The position numbers and the translations under genes were made by a program. 64,000 nucleotides of DNA from an uncultured cyanobacterium (GTDB lineage: Bacteria > Cyanobacteriota > Cyanobacteriia > PCC-6307 > Cyanobiaceae): contig CAVXWZ010000011.1 of the NCBI GenBank assembly GCA_963765575.1, positions 256,001 to 320,000 of the forward strand, read 5' to 3'. The stretch's first letter is position 1; each line of letters starts with the position of its first letter. Below are positions 62,753 to 64,000 of this stretch, one piece after another. The notes under the pieces are model-generated. The model was given only the letters and a program-made list of their open reading frames with translations, had not been told where the DNA came from and searched no databases.

Positions 62753-63597
62753 AGCAGCTCGTCCATGCAGGCCAGCAGAGCCGCCTCGGCGGGCTCGCCG
62801 CTGCCCCGTTCCACCAGACCCCGCAGGGCCATGAGCTTGAGACTGTTCTCGGCCAGGGTGCGACGGATGGGCTCCAGCGCCGGCCGCCAGCCGGCCGCTC
62901 CCAGATCCATCAGGGCGGCCCGGCGCACCTGCAGCTGGGGATCATCCAGCAGCTCCACCAGCACCGCGCCCCACCGCTGCTCGCCAGTGAGCTGAAGCAG
63001 GGCCCGGGCGGCGGCGCTGCGGATCAGGGGCCGGTCGTGATCGACGAACGGCTCCACCACCGCCAGCACCTGCGCGCTGGTCTGGCCGATGTCCCCCAGG
63101 GCCTCCAGCAGGGCTTCACAGGGCTCCATCAGCCTGGGCGTTCCGGGGCGCAGGGCTCCGGCCTGCTGCGGCCCGCTGGCCAGTCGCCGGCAGAGGGGCT
63201 CCACAGCCGCTGCAGCCCGAAGCTCGCCCAGAGCGCGCGCCGCCGCTTCCCGCAGGCCGTCATCCGGGTCCTCCAGCACCTCCATCAGGTCGGCAACCGA
63301 CGCCAGCGCCAGCGGCGCCAGTTTGCCCAGGGCCCTGGCGGCGTTGCGGGCCACGGCGTTTTCCTCAACACCGGCTCCGGGGTCGCGTGGCCGGCGCTGG
63401 CGCAGGGCCAGACGCAACAGCGGCACCGCCTCGGGATGCTGGCTGCGCATGCGTCCCAGCCACCAGGCCCCGTAGTACTGCTGTGAGCGGTCATCGCTCT
63501 GGCGCAGACGTTCGATGGCCTCGGCCTCGCTGATCGGAGCGCCCGCCTGCTGGACGGTGGGGTTGGCGGGAGCGCCGTTGCCGGAGGGGCCAGCCAT
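62749..63597 (-). CDS. cpcE: Phycocyanin alpha-84 lyase subunit CpcE (HEAT repeats)
   Basis: YYGAWWLG, RNAARALGKL, RRAALMDLGA, AENSLKL; directly downstream of cpcA. Confidence 0.88.
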   Translation of the reverse strand: MAGPSGNGAPANPTVQQAGAPISEAEAIERLRQSDDRSQQYYGAWWLGRMRSQHPEAVPLLRLALRQRRPRDPGAGVEENAVARNAARALGKLAPLALASVADLMEVLEDPDDGLREAAARALGELRAAAAVEPLCRRLASGPQQAGALRPGTPRLMEPCEALLEALGDIGQTSAQVLAVVEPFVDHDRPLIRSAAARALLQLTGEQRWGAVLVELLDDPQLQVRRAALMDLGAAGWRPALEPIRRTLAENSLKLMALRGLVERGSGEPAEAALLACMDELL

Positions 63598-63680
63598 GGC
63601 TGCCGGTCGATTGAAAGCAGCGTACGGAAGCACCCGCGTCGGAGGACCGAACAAGCAATCAACGAGCCACAAAACAGGCC

Positions 63681-63708
63681 AAAAAAAGGCCTCCCGTTGG
63701 GGAGGCCT
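63681..63708 (-). terminator. Intrinsic terminator after cpcA
   Basis: AGGCCTCCC-CAAC-GGGAGGCCT followed by T-run on minus strand. Confidence 0.88.
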
Positions 63709-63735
63709 GGAGAAGTCTGAGAGCGTGGGGCTGGA

Positions 63736-64000
63736 TCAGACGAGGGCGGAGATGGCGTAGTCGATGTAGTTGTTGGCGATCACACCGGGGTCGCCGGAGA
63801 TGCCGTGGTTGCCCTTGATGTGGTTGAGGGCTTCGACGTACCAGGAGGGGGAGAGTTCGAAGGCACGGTTGATCTCATCGAGACCAGCGACCAGGTACTC
63901 GTCCATGGGGCCGGTGCCGCCGGCCACGAGGCAGTAGGTGACCATGCGCAGGTAGTAACCGATGTCACGGGCGCACTTGGCCTTGCCGCGGGCGTCAGAG
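63736..64000 (-). CDS. cpcA: Phycocyanin alpha subunit, 3' part (start beyond window)
   Basis: [31 protein letters not shown]...[10 protein letters not shown]...YIDYAISAL. Confidence 0.95.
   Translation of the reverse strand, partial: SDARGKAKCARDIGYYLRMVTYCLVAGGTGPMDEYLVAGLDEINRAFELSPSWYVEALNHIKGNHGISGDPGVIANNYIDYAISALV

Overview
High-GC (~70%) picocyanobacterial DNA (Cyanobium/Synechococcus-like, inferred from psaD, cpcA/E/F, ndhN, ldpA and the panC-cmk fusion). Positions 1-18 kb hold the large ribosomal protein cluster (rplC to rpmE, prfA, with secY, adk, rpoA, truA) on the minus strand. The rest is mostly conserved core genes: ndhN-ldpA-ycf45, recA, tyrA, crtD, JAB-moeZ, cobO, larE, speD, recF, ppc, gshA, trpE, psaD, rodA, mrp, hemF, rnd, purM, rlpA, panC-cmk, cpcF-cpcE and the 3' end of cpcA, plus tRNA-Gln(TTG), tRNA-Arg(CCG) and tRNA-Cys(GCA). 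The one clearly accessory block is a 3.3-kb cassette between trpE and psaD with three sulfotransferases and a GT92-like glycosyltransferase, a candidate glycan-sulfation module. Smaller oddities: recF has no ATG/GTG/TTG at its expected N-terminus (ATC start), a ~100-nt structured element lies between recF and tRNA-Arg, two more genes appear to need CTG-type starts, a LexA box is embedded in the last codons of the gene before recA, and there is a 12-nt periodic array of six in-frame stop codons. No transposase, integrase, prophage, rRNA or CRISPR array was seen. All calls come from motif recognition by eye; no searches were run.
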